A DNA stretch of 64,000 bases from Torpedo marmorata (lineage: Eukaryota): positions 209,374,001-209,438,000 of the forward strand of contig OZ360222.1 of the NCBI GenBank assembly GCA_977017645.1, given 5' to 3'. The notes under the pieces are model-generated. The model ran no database searches. It was not told the DNA's origin and saw only the letters and a program-made list of their open reading frames with translations. Each line of letters opens with the position of its first letter. Within the stretch, counting starts at the first letter, position 1. Of this stretch, positions 24,245-36,920 are shown piece after piece. The translations under genes and the position numbers were made by a program.

Positions 24245-24350
24245 CATCCAAGTTCAAGTTCAAGTTTATCATCATCTTACTGTACATATACAACCAGACA
24301 AAACAACATTTTCTCCGAACCACGGTGCACACACATACACACACAATAAT
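24245..24350 (-). mobile_element. Rex1-type 3' tail only
   Basis: (AAGTTC)n followed by TTTATCATC...ACAACCAGAC...; related to 50905-51120 and 60760-60920. Confidence 0.6.
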
Positions 24351-26244
24351 GCACCCATTATCATCTCCTCCTCATCATATCCTCCCTTCCCTTTTACCTC
24401 AAACTTGCACTCCCTGGAGATGTATAGACCTGGCATGGGGCCAAAGAAGGCTACCTGATTCTGCTTCCTGTGAAGTACCTAGGGCTGCACATTATAAATT
24501 TGGCGCAACAATTTCGGAGAGAAAAATAAATTGGGCTTTCTGGCCCTTGGCCAAACTTCAAAGTGAAATATCACCAAGTCCTTCCCACTCACTCTTGCCT
24601 CCCCCTCACCCCACCATTCATATCAATTGATGTGGAGAACGGTCACTCTGGCAGAGATATACCAACAGGACAGTGAATCATTCAGTATTTTCAGGAGAGT
24701 CAAAAGAGTGGTAGGAGGAAAACAATGGTGGGGGGGGGGGTGGGGGTTATTTCTCCATGATGATCAAAGCGAAAATTTAAGGAAGGAGGTGAGGAGATCT
24801 GTAAGGCAGAACTGGGGACCATAATTCTCATCTTGGGGGAGGGGGAGTTGGTACCTCGTCTGATGTTGTTGCTGCTCTTTGCTGGGTCCCTGTTGGAATG
24901 AAGCTCAGTAACAGCCTGTCAGTGTGAGGAAGCCTGGAGTGTGAGGATGAAAGTCCCTCATTAACGATAACTGTGCTCAGTTCCCCAGGGATCCCTGGTA
25001 TTTGGTGGGAATGTCTGCGTTAAACATTGTTTTCACAGAAAGCATAATGCAAGGGGAATTCTGGGTACAGCCAAGCAATAAAATGAAACAAAATCTAAAT
25101 AAACAGCTTCTGATATTTGTCAGGTTTTTATTTTACACAGTGAAGCCACCCTAGCTCATCCAGCACCAGAATCCCAGTGGAAATATCATGTGTCCTACAG
25201 GATCCCAGAGGATAAAGCCTGTGGGAGACAAGATATCTTGCGGGGTGATTGATGAAACGTCTACTGCTCCTGAAGATACTGAACATCCCTGTGATTTGGT
25301 GTCTCCCCTTCTCCATGCCCTAACTCAAGTGACCTTTCCCCAAGTGTGGGTAAACTGCAGACGCCATCATAAGCCAACCGCACGGACGTACCTCCAGGAG
25401 TAGGAGTAGGAGCATCAACTGAATATGTTGCCCTGGATCTTCCTTCCTTTTCATTTTCCTCTGACCTCATTATGTCTTCCTTTCTCACCCAGTGTCAAGG
25501 TTGTCCCATCCCTTCTAACCTTCCCCTCTCTGCCCCCAATTCGGTCTCAACTGTGGTACTTCCTGCTATCTTGAGAATTCTCAACCCTTTCGTTTTGCAC
25601 TGCCATTTCTTTTCCCATTTAATTTCATGCCTTTTATTCTTTCAGACATTTTCCTAATTTTTTTCTTTCCTTTCCTCTCTCCTCTCTCCTAACTTGTTCC
25701 ATTGCCAGCATTTTGATCATCTCAAAATATTAACTCTGTTTCTCTCTCCATATATCTCTCTGCCCTGCTGAGGACTTCCAGCAATTCTCTGTTTTTAATC
25801 CAGCAGGATAACTTGTTGGCTTCAGAGGTTTTGTAGTAGAAAAGGGAAAGTAATTCAGTTTTCTTGATCTCAACCTCCTTCTCTTGCAAAATTCTCAGAT
25901 ATGAAGGTTTGTTTGGGGAAAGGACTGTATCCGACAGTGATTTGTGCCATGGAACCGTTAGTCAGGACACAGTCACTCTTCCATCTCCCCTTACTCTGTT
26001 ATGACAGATCACTCTGAAATCTTCACAGAAAAGTAGCATTGGAAAGTCTGTCTGGAATTTCACCTGAGTATCCTTATTCATTCATGCTCGAGTTTACTCA
26101 ATATACTTTTAATATTATATGCCTGCAGCCCCTGTTAGGTTCAGTGAAAGGATTCACTAACAACTGCCTTTGCAGACAAGAGCAACTTGGATAGCATGAT
26201 TTTGTTAACATGAATGAGACCTAGGGAATTTAATATTTTTTTAA

Positions 26245-26491
26245 ATTTTTAATTTAGACATACAACATGGTAACAGGCCCTTCCAGCCCATGAGCTTGTG
26301 CTGCCCAAATACCCCTATTAACCTATAATCCCCCTATGTTTTGAAAGGTGGGAAGAAACCAGAGCACCCGGAGGAAACCCACGTAGACACGGCGAGAATG
26401 TACGAACTCCTTACCGACAGTGCCGGATTCAAATCCAGGTCGCTGGCACTGCAATAGCATTGTGCTAACCACTTTGCTAACTGTGCTGCCC
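26245..26491 (-). mobile_element. tRNA-derived V-type SINE
   Basis: Reverse complement of the 20145 and 33779 family. Confidence 0.88.
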
Positions 26492-27134
26492 TAGTACATA
26501 CAGGAATGAATGATGGTTTCAACAAAAAAAAGGAGCCTATAAAGATAAATTATCTCCAAGCTACAGTTAGCCGGCTCAATGATAATTCCAGCAATAACCG
26601 AGGCTTCGGCCTGTCACTATGTCAAACTAAGGTGCAGGCAAACTAAAAAGTGATGACCTTTCTTCAGGAGCTTGATTTGTCAGCAGACGTCATGTCAGCA
26701 CTGACACAGGTTTGCACATCAACCGGGAGACACACATGGGCCAGCTGTGTGTACTGTACATGAACTGAAACTTACATGAAATATGCCTATCAGCACCATG
26801 GCACAAGATTGAGTCAATGCCTTTAGCCATGTGCTCTCTGTCCAGGAGCTGACACTGAAGCACACACATATCAACATCATTCATGTACACAAATGAAAAT
26901 GAAAATAAAAATGGTTTCAATCTACCAGGCTGAAGTTCACTTTCACTTTTTCCCATTCTACCTGAACATATGTACGAGATGCCCTTGTGTCATGCAGTTC
27001 CAAATGTGGGTAAACTGTGCAAATGCATTTGCACTGGTCTACAGGATCCGTGGCTGAGAAAAACACTCTCCATGCATTATCAGAGAGAATATCCCAGAGG
27101 TGTATCATTATATGAAGAATCACAAAAGGAGGCT

Positions 27135-27430
27135 TAGATTCAGACAGCACAGAAACAGGCCCTTCAGTTCATCGATTCCATGGCAACCATCAAGTACCTG
27201 TAGAAACTAACAACATTAATCCCATTTTATTCACCAACATCTCCTCCCCTCCACCTCCACCCACCCCCCCCCCAACCCATCCACATTCCACCCCTCACCA
27301 GGAGCAATTTACAGTGGCAAATTAACCTGCCAGCCTGCACATCTTTGAAATGTGGGAGGAAACTGGAGCATCTGAAGGAAACCCACACAGTCACCGAACA
27401 AAGGTGCAAATTTCATATAAACCATACCTG
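27135..27430 (-). mobile_element. Older V-type SINE
   Basis: TGTGGGAGGAAACTGGAGCATCTGAAGGAAACCCACACAGTCAC (V domain, reverse) plus CR1-like tail. Confidence 0.7.
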
Positions 27431-27924
27431 TGCAGTGGTGCTGTGCTGTCTATTAAGTTACAGTTCCTGTTTGTTGTTGTTGAGTTGCATGGTTCACCTG
27501 CCTCAAAGTTTATCTGTATGTCTAATGGCCCATTATTTGTACATCTGTCTGCCATGTGGAAATTGAGTTGCTGCTAACTTGGTATCGCAAAAGGTAAGGC
27601 CTTTCCTTTAGTTCCAGTGCATGATGTCTATTGGTAAATCCACAGGCTAGGTCAGATCAGGTTGTATCAGGAGAAAGAGACTGCAAGGAAGGAGGAGGAA
27701 CATGAACTGGAAATGGAGTCAGGGCATGGAGCAATTGTCAAAGGGTGGTGGGTTGGGAGCCAGTTGCTGCCAGAAGCAGGTGGATCATTGAGCTGGAGGG
27801 GGGGGGGAGGGGGGTGGCGGGGGTGGTCATGTTGGGAAATTAGTAACAGGGCAGTGAACAATGGATGTGGGAATCGGTGCCATCTGTGTGAGGGGTTAGA
27901 CGTCCTGAAAGGAATCTGGTGAAT

Positions 27925-28640
27925 GCCTTCTTGATAGCTTGCTGCACCTGCAAACCAACCTTTTGCGATTCATGCACAAGCACTCCCAAGTCCTTCTGCA
28001 CGTCAGCATGCTGCAATCACATGCCATTTAAATATATATTCTGATCTTCCATTTTACCTTCCAAAGTGGATAACCTCACATTTGCCAACATTGTACTCGA
28101 TCTGCCAGACCTTTGCCCACTCACTTAACCTATCTATATCTCTGTGCAGACTCTCTGTATCCTCTGCACAATTTAGTGTCATCAGCAAACTTAGATACAA
28201 CATACCCTGTCCCCTCTTCCAGATCGTTTATGTATTTCGTGAACAGTTGCAGACCCAGCACCTACCCCTGCGGCACCCCGCTCACCACCGATTGCCAACC
28301 AAAAAAACTCCCCTGTATCCCAACTCTCTGCTTTCTATTAGTTAACCACTCCTCTATCCACGCTAATACATCACCCCCAACATTATTCATACTTTTCTTC
28401 TGTATAAGTCTTTTATGCAGCACCTTATTGAATGCCTTCTGGAAATCCAGGTTAACAATGTCCACCTGCTCCCCTCTATCTACTACGTTCATTATATCCT
28501 CAAAGAATTCCAGTAAATTTTTCAAACAGGACCTGCCTTGAAATCCATGCTGCCTCTGCCTGATGGATCCATTTCATTCTAGATGCATCGCTAATTTTTC
28601 TTTAATGATAGCTTGAAGCATTTTTCCAACTACAGACATA
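27925..28640 (-). mobile_element. CR1 LINE RT fragment
   Basis: NLLEFFED...LDFQKAFNKVLH...SGVPQG. Confidence 0.88.
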
Positions 28641-28990
28641 AATGGAAATGAAATGTTTTAAACAAGTAATCTACCTGCCCCTTTTGTCCCCTAATGTTCA
28701 GACAAAAAAACCCATTGAAGTCAATAACCACTGTTGATCCAGTACCAGCTCTAGCCTGGCACAGGATCCAAGAGACAATTCCCAAGTGAATTGCCAGGGA
28801 ATCTCTTCAAGAATGCACTTGGCCCTGGAGGGTTGTATGGTGCAAGTATGACCTTCAAAGGCTGTCAGTAAATCCAGGACTTCAATGTGTGTGTGAGACA
28901 GTGTGTAAGCACAGGTCGTAGAAGTGGTGCTGCTGAAAGAGCTAAACGCGAGCATTTCCATTCAAAACAGCTATCATTAGCTGTCATGGA

Positions 28991-29210
28991 GCAGCATGGT
29001 TAGCATAGCAGTTAGCACAACACAGTTGCAGCGCCAGCGACCGGGACTGGGGTTTGAATCCTGCGCTGTCTGTAAAGAGTTTGTACGTTCTCCCCATGTC
29101 TCCCACCATTCAAAATGTACCAGGAATGTAAGTCAATTGGGTGTAATTGGGTGGCACGGGCTTGTGGGCCGAAAGGGCCAGTTACCGTGCTGAATGTCTA
29201 AATTAAAAAA
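28991..29210 (+). mobile_element. tRNA-derived V-type SINE with part of the V domain deleted
   Basis: Same head and tail as the 20145 copy. Confidence 0.85.
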
Positions 29211-31039
29211 GAAAAAATAGCAAGCACGTTTCAGTCCATGATCTTCATAACTGAAAAAATGCAGCTTGGCCTGAGCAACTATGATGGAAGATTTTCCTAA
29301 ATTTGCCTTGAGTGACCTTAGAATAGCAGAAGTGAAGAGACATGCAGGAACCCCCGTGACCAGACAGATCCATACCAAAATCTGTCACACCGCATATCAG
29401 TGTTATCAGCCAGTGGGGGAGGATGAGGAGGGGACCGATTGGTCTCTTGTACTCTGAGCACCTCCACAACCTACAGCTCCTGAAGGAGCCAGATTCCTGG
29501 GTCACAGAAAAATATCATACAGAGATTTAAAAAAACAACAGATTAAAGTGACGAGAAAGAACCACAGAAGCTTTGAAAAAAGCAAATGATATTTTAAAAA
29601 TTGTAATTGGGTACACGATACAGCTCCTTGCCAGAGTAATGAGACATCACAGTAACAGTAGGATTTAATGATGATTCCTTACAGGTTCTATCAGACTGCT
29701 CTACTGTTCTAATTAAATACACTAATGACTCAGAAAGGAACAAACAGCCTCCAATTCAAAGATATGCGTGATTTTTCTGTATTTTTTCAGAAGGAAGAAA
29801 TTTTTGGGCCATAGAATTTTCACATGGTTTTGCTTTGATCAGTTGCCTTGGTCTCATTTATGCTTTTCCTTCTCTCTCACACAGCTCGCTGGGACATTTT
29901 AAGGGAAGTGAAGACATCTTTGGGGCTTTTAAGCTCCACGGTGCAATTTGTCAACGACAAGTTGTTTTACAAAGGGGTGAAGAAGATGGACGGGCTGAGT
30001 GGTGATTCCTTATTACTTCAGATTAAGGACTCCCCTCTGGCCGATAATGAGCTGTGATTTACTGTGTTCTCACACTGGATTGAGTTCTGAAAAGCTAACT
30101 GCTTCCAGAGTGACTCTTGTCAAGGCAACTGTCAGATGCAGCTGTATGCTTTCAGCAGGAAAACATCTTCAGATCCCGATTCTTATGGGCGGATCACTAT
30201 TCACAAGACAATCACTGTGATTGCCCTTGATGATGCATCCTGAGATCCCTCTGGGTTCAGAATTGACATGTGGAATTGTAATAAACTTTAAAACTTGGAC
30301 TTGTTGTGATGCGATTATTTAACCCCCTCTAGTGGTTGGATGATGAAATGAAAACAAAATGGCTTCGCAGCGATAAAGCACGTGGTGAGCTCTTCAGGAG
30401 TGGAAGTGTTTACTCACACTGAACGGAGCTGTTATAATAATTGATGACAGAAAAAGAAAGGAGGTCCAGCTAATTTCGCTGGGGTAACAGCTGGATTTTG
30501 CAGAGACAGTTTTTATGCGTGTAGCTCAAGTCAAGGAGACCATAACTGGTACTTTGGATTCGTTCAGCAGTTTAATTGAAATATGTGTAAAGGAGGGAAC
30601 AATTTTTTATGCTGCAAATTAGATTGCAAAGGGAAGAAGACCATTCTTCCTCACATTGTAGATGCTAATTGACAAACACTGAATGGTTCTCTCCAAAGAG
30701 GTGTACACTGAAGAATCAGTTAAATTATTTGAACAGCGAAAATGTCCACTACCAGTCCTGGGTTGCAATGGCATAGTTTAACATCCAGAGTCAGCATCCA
30801 TTCCCACTCTCAGAATTCGATGCAACCAATCCATACATCTGTAGACATTGAACAGAAAGGGGAATCAAAGGAACTTGATAATGGCATTGAAGTATCAATG
30901 ATGTATGAGCAACAACATTGGCTAGATAGTACAGTGAAACTCATGGACTCATTTCCCTTTCTTCAAACCTGCAGTCAATGTACTAAGGATGTATGAAGTT
31001 AGAGTGATAATCAATGAAAGTGAAGCAAAGTTACTTTGT

Positions 31040-32905
31040 CTGATTGTTCCAGACCAAGAATCCATTTCTTTCGGTCTGAACTATCTATCATGGTAGATTT
31101 GGGAGAATTAAGTGCATAAAGAAAGTGTCGGCATCAGGGCAGTATGACTAAACTCCAGACATGTATGGTAGTGAACTTGCATATATTCAATGAAATCAAA
31201 ATCAAGGTTCATTTAAAAGACAATGTTCCATCTTGATTCATCATGGTGCGACCTACACCTGACAATTGGAAGGAGAAGGTTGAGGAAGAGCTGAAGAATC
31301 CACAGGGGACCAGGTATCATTGAAATGGTTCAACATTCTGATTGGACAGCTCTACATGTTGCTGTAGTGAATGTAAATGCACTGAATTGGATTTATGGGG
31401 ATTATATGATCAGAATCAAAATCAGAATCAGAATCAGAATCAGAATCAGAATTTATTGTCATGAACAAGTCATGAAATTCGGTGTTTTGCGGCAGCATCA
31501 TAGTGCAATTAACATTCATATTAACCATGTAACGACATTACTATACAAAATTATAAACAATAGTGCACGAAAAGTAAGGTAGTGTCTTTGGTTCATTGAT
31601 TATTCAGGAATCTGATGGCAGCGGGGAAGAAGCTGTCCTTGTGCCGTTGAGTTCTCGTCTTTAGGCTCCTGTACCTTTTCCCCGATAGAAGCAGAGTGAA
31701 GAGGGCATGGCCTGGGTGGTGGGGATCCTTGAGGATAGAGGCTGCTTTTTTAAGACACCGCCTCATGTAGATGTCCTCGATGGAGTGAAGTTTGGTGCAT
31801 GTGATGTCACAGGCTGAGTTAACAACCTTCTGGAGTTTACTCTTGTCCTGGGAGTTGGCGCCTCCATACCAGGCAGTGATGCAACCAGCCAGAATGCTCT
31901 CCACGGTACACCTGTAGAAGTTTACGAGAGTCTTTGGTGACATACCGAATCTCCGCAAACACCTCACGAAGTATAGCCGCTGATGTGCCTTCTTTGTGAT
32001 TGCATCCACGTGGATGCTCCAGGACAGATCCTCGGAGATGTTGACACCCAGGAATTTGAAGTTCTTGACCCTCTCCACTACTGAGCCCTCGATGAGGACT
32101 GGGTCGTGTTCCCCTGACTTCCTCCGGAAGTCCACAATCATCTCCTTGGTTTTGCTGACGTTGAGCTCAAGGTCGTTGTCATTACACCATTCAACGAGCT
32201 GATCTATCTCCCTCCTGTACACTTCCTCATTGCCGTTTGTGATTCTGCCGACAACTGTGGTGTCATCGGCAAACTTGTATATGGCATTGGAATTGTGCCT
32301 GGCCACACAGTCCTGGGTGTATAACGAGTAGAGCAGTGGACTAAGCACGCATCCTTGGGGTGCGCCTGTGTTGATAATCAGTGAGGAGGAGACATTGTTT
32401 CCAATTCGTACTGACTGTGGTCTTCCAATGAGAAAGTGAAGGATCCAGTTGCAGAGTTGATAGCAACCAATGGAGAAGTGGATGCTCCTTATGTCTGTGT
32501 GATGATTTGTTTGATCACCTGGGTGTAGAGACCATCATGTAGTTACCAGCAGACAGGGTTAGATAAACATTCAATCAATGATAAATACTGTGCTTGGCCT
32601 ATTCCCTTACATTTGTGACAGCATCAGCTTCACGTATTGTCCAGGGTATAATTTGATTCAAGATCATAATATATCTAGGTGTGTGGAAGGGCAGAGTTAG
32701 AACACAAGGAGAATCTAGAAGGTGGACCCTAGACAATTCTGAAAAGCAGCTGAGGAGAAACAAATATGTTTCCACTGCATCAGAAGTAACCCACCTTGGT
32801 AATGAATATTGATGGAGTCCACCCACCTAGGGACAAGGTCGGATCAGTGTTGGATGCAATGAATACAACCAACCTGACAAAGTGGAAGGCCTATTTGAGT
32901 GCTTG
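31040..32905 (+). pseudogene. Heavily decayed Gypsy pol relic, split by a Rex1 insertion
   Basis: RPTPDNWKEKVEEEL..GIIEMVQHSDW...IYGDY (31240-31410) and EVTHLG..DGVHPPRDKV...NLTKWKAYL (32780-32900) match Gypsy RT patterns. Confidence 0.65.
31410..32456 (-). mobile_element. Rex1/Babar LINE, 5'-truncated, young
   Basis: Open RT frame [18 protein letters not shown]...KFADDT...[11 protein letters not shown] (31593-32450); tail GAATTTCATG...TGACAATAAA(TTCTGA)n. Confidence 0.93.
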
Positions 32906-33125
32906 AGACCCAGAGACCCAGGTTTAATCCTGACCTGGGCAGCTGTGTGGAGCTTTCTGTGGCTGCATAGGTTTCCTTTGGGTGCTCGGGTTTCCTCCCA
33001 TAACCCAAAGATATGTGGGTTGATAGGCTAATTAGCCAGTCAAAATGCCTCTAGCATGTAAGTGCATGATAGAATTTGGGGGGATGAGAATGTATGAGGA
33101 ATAAAAAAAAAACAGGATTATTGTG
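32905..33125 (+). mobile_element. Older V-type SINE
   Basis: AGAGACCCAGGTTTAATCCTGACC...GGTTTCCTTTGGGTGCTCGGGTTTCCTCCCA. Confidence 0.7.
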
Positions 33126-33131
33126 GGATTA

Positions 33132-33370
33132 TTTATCTGTGGAATTCACTGCCCATTGAAGCAGTGGAGACTACCTCAATAAATATATTTAAGACAATGT
33201 TGGATAGATTTTTACATTGTAGGGGATAAACGTAAGGGATATGGGGAAAAGGCAGGTAGGTGGAGATGAGCCTATCATCAGGTCAGCCATGATCTCATTG
33301 AATGGCGGAGCAGGCTTGACGGGCCAGATGGCCTACTCCTGCTCCTATTTCTTATGTTCTTATGTTCTTA
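33132..33370 (+). mobile_element. CR1 3' tail, same family as the 45.3-49.8 kb element
   Basis: TTGAATGGCGGAGCAGGCT...CCTACTCCTG...(TTCTTATG)n. Confidence 0.88.
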
Positions 33371-33778
33371 TTAGTGTAAAAAGTGCATGCTTTCCCCAGG
33401 CTAAATGCGTGTATGTATTATAATATGTTTACCTGTGCACTCCTCTGTGAAATGTAATGCAGCGTGGAACATCACATTATTATTCTCTCTATCCACTTGC
33501 TTTTGCACTGGAGTTTGTTTACTTTCATTTTCAAAACATTAGAAATGGTTTCTCTGTTTCTGGCATTTGTCCAACTAAATCAGCTTCCTTCATCATAGTT
33601 TTGCTAAAGGTCCTTGTCTACTTACTGTGGAAAGGAGTTGAATTTAGTAACGTGATTATTGGAAGTCCATTCTGGAATCCCATTTAAAACAAGGTAACTA
33701 TAAAAAGAATTGGGTGGCAGGGATTGAGATAAATGATCAACTCGTGCCTGTTTGTTAACACATGGTGAAGCTAAAGCA

Positions 33779-34037
33779 GGGCGGCATGGTTAGCGTGACG
33801 GTTAGCGCAATGCTGTTACAGCGCCAGCAACCCAGGTTCGAATCCAGCACTGTCTGTAAGGAGTTTGTATGTTCTCCCCTTGTCTGCGTGGGTTTCCTCC
33901 GGGTGCTCCGGTTTCCTCCCACCCTTCAAAACGTACCGGGGGTGTAGGTTAATTGGGTGCAATTTGGTGGCACGGGCTAATGGGGCGAAAGGCCCTGTTA
34001 CCGTGCTGTACGTCTAAACTAAAATTTAAAAATTAAA
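33779..34037 (+). mobile_element. tRNA-derived V-type SINE (young copy)
   Basis: A/B-box head, complete V domain, CR1-like tail. Confidence 0.9.
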
Positions 34038-35225
34038 TCATTGGACCCAATATGGTATAGCTGGTATCAAATCAATATTGCATCAGAGTATTCCTCTTTG
34101 ATACTGTGCAATACTTTCTTTACAATGTATTCCAGTTGTGACTCTCTTGAATCATGACTTAGCAAACAATGTCATGAGTTCGTCAAACTCTAGGATTCTC
34201 TCACACACTGCTTGGACAAACATTGAACTCAATATTCTTGAAATTGGCTCAGCAGTAAGATTTGCCTGATATCTAGATTCAACCTGTGCTTTCAATGACA
34301 CACAATCTATTGGGCAGTTGTCACATCTTGTATGGCACACAAGTACCTTCTCTGTCCTGTTCCTTTTTTAAAGGTATAATCAATATTTCTTCTCTTCTAA
34401 ACTATCAGTCACATCCTGTGATATATTTCTGATTTGGTGATTTTGCCCTTTTGTTCTTCACCTGCTGCTCTCCTTCCATCTCAGCTCTTTGTTCTTTTAT
34501 TATACTAGTTGCCCATGAGTGCCAGAGGTGCCAGGAATGATTTATTTCCCCTGGAGCCAGCTGTTCTCGCTTCACTCTAGGTTGGTGCCATTGCTTTCAT
34601 TCTCTCAACCTACATTCTCAGAGTTGTACCTCAATGCTAGATCAGCTGCCTTATTTATGTACAAACAGTGACCCAAAATGTCCCCTTTATTTCACTGAGC
34701 CCAGTGATAGACACGTGCTACAAAATGCAAGGGGACATTTTATGAGGCTCAAATGAATGTTGGGGTCATGCATACAGGCAATTCATGTTGGAAATACCCA
34801 GTCACAGTATATCTATGGATTGGATTAAGATTATTATACGTGTTAAAATCTGGACCCTAAGATTGTTGTGGAACCCCTTCAAATTGACCATATTTTGTAG
34901 TTTTCCCATGTGTATGAATCAATACAATGCAAGCTGATAATTGTAATGATTTTCTTTCATCTTGGCCCTCTGCCTCCTCGACATACTCTCTCTCGAATGT
35001 AGCTCGCAGAGACTTGAGTCGGCAACCACTGGTCGACTGGTGATACACAGCCACCCTTAGTTATGGTCATTCCACAGTCTCCGTGTTGTCAGAATACAAA
35101 TATGACAGAGCGACGGTTTCACGACATTGTTCAGTGCCATTATTTTCACTCTTGGCAGCAACCTTATCCCAACCAGTATATTTATAACATGGTTTTTAAA
35201 TGCAATGGATAGAAAAAGATGGGTA

Positions 35226-35446
35226 CAGTAAAACTCCTGGTATCTGCCACCTATGGGGATTGGTAGAATCCAGATAAGTGAATTTTCCGGTTGCTTGAGA
35301 TTGTGTGTTGCGTGATTGACGAACTAACGGCGAGGTGCGCCAATTTTAAACTTCCATATTTTTTACATATTTATTTTCCGCAATTTTTTTTGCCGGTTGC
35401 TTAAGGCTGCCAGTTGCTTGAATTTCGGATAACAGGGGTTTTACTA
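35226..35446. mobile_element. MITE, Tc1/mariner superfamily (pogo/Tigger-like)
   Basis: TA-CAGTAAAACTCCTGGTATC ... GATAACAGGGGTTTTACTA-TA terminal inverted repeats; second copy in opposite orientation at 53024-53243. Confidence 0.8.
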
Positions 35447-35805
35447 TATTTCCAAGATGAGTGTGCTGTATGCACTTAACCTCACAAAATCTAACCTTGT
35501 CTGTATCCATCCCATTTCTTCCTACATTTCTGCTTTGTGCCTCTGTAGTCAGTGTGAAGAGGCATGTGTATCCGATGTGATTAGCAATCATTATCTGATA
35601 TTGTCCCTATGAAATTGTAAGCTCTCTTTCTTCCTCTTGGGCAGGTCCAAACTTCTGGTGGAAGGATGCAATGTGTGGCTACAGACAGAGTGGTGAATGG
35701 TACACTGGGGAAAAAAGTGAGAAGAAATAAGATGATTAAGATTTTATTTGAAGCTGATGGATGGAATGGGTTATTGTTTGAGGTGATGTAGTTTTTGGGA
35801 GAGCA

Positions 35806-35844
<39 letters not shown>

Positions 35845-35846
35845 TT
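35806..35846. repeat. (CT)n microsatellite
   Basis: Direct reading. Confidence 0.95.
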
Positions 35847-36499
35847 CCCATACCTTTGATGAAAGAGATTCATTTTCAATTACATCAAACGGCATCAAAA
35901 CTGGCATCTGAATCATCAATTAAAGAACCTGATGATTTTTCAATTTAAACCTGATGCAACAACAGCTTGAAATTATATACACCCTTTGACCTGGACTCTG
36001 AACCAGCAGTTTGACAGGGAAAAGTTAACACAGAGATGCATGATATGTTAAGACAGATGACCAAAACACTTGGCCAGAAAAGTTGGTTTTAATGAGTAAC
36101 TTGGAAAAAGGTAGAGGTGGTGGAAGGTGGTGATGGTGGGGACATTCCAAAGCTTCAGCCCCGAACATGGCCAGCTCTGGTGGTGTCAGGAAAGCACTAG
36201 AGACTGGAACAGAAAAAACACTGTTATCCTATATGATTGGAGGAGGTTACACAGTAAAGGTAAGAAGTTGAAAACTGAGGCATGGTCAGACTCACTACCA
36301 TTTATCCATTCCCAGGCTAGGATGTGACATCACGATTAGACCTTGTTTATCACAGACAGGTATTGTAGATGCTGACCCTCCCCCTAATTAGATTGTTAAG
36401 AGGTCAGATTAAAGAAGAAAAAATATTTTTTGAAATAACATAAATGCTGACACATTATCTTTGACACTTGTACTGCGATTGTTAAAACTGCCCCAAAAC

Positions 36500-36920
36500 A
36501 AGCTTCGGCTTCACTGATTAGACTAGAGTTGTGGTCCCTAGAACTAAGAATGTTAAGGGATCATTTTATTGAAGTTTCCAAGAAAGTACAGGAAACCATT
36601 AAAATGGAGAGAAGGAGAAAGTGCCTGCTGTCATTGGGGACCAGAACAAGAGAGCGTGGCAGGAAAACTGGAGGCATGTGCTCGAGCAATGAAGTGAGGA
36701 AGCACTTTACACACAGAAAATGATCGAAATTTGGAACCCTCTTCCACAAAAAAAACAACCGATGGTAGGTTAATTGATCATTTTAAACATGTGATAAATT
36801 TTTGCTCACTAATACTTTTAATGGGTCTGAGGTAAAGGTAGCCATTTGGAGTTATGTCACATTTCAGCCACGACCTCATTGATTGTTGGAACAGGCCCAA
36901 AGAACTAAAAAAAACTCTTG
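36500..36920 (+). mobile_element. Old CR1 3' end
   Basis: LWSLELRMLRDHFIEVSK...RKHFTHR resembles the CR1 ORF2 C-terminus; degenerate tail. Confidence 0.6.

Noticed and set aside
25141-25403. Possible host exon after TTTTACACAG
   Set aside because: All three frames from the acceptor hit stops with no clear donor, and there is no recognisable homology.
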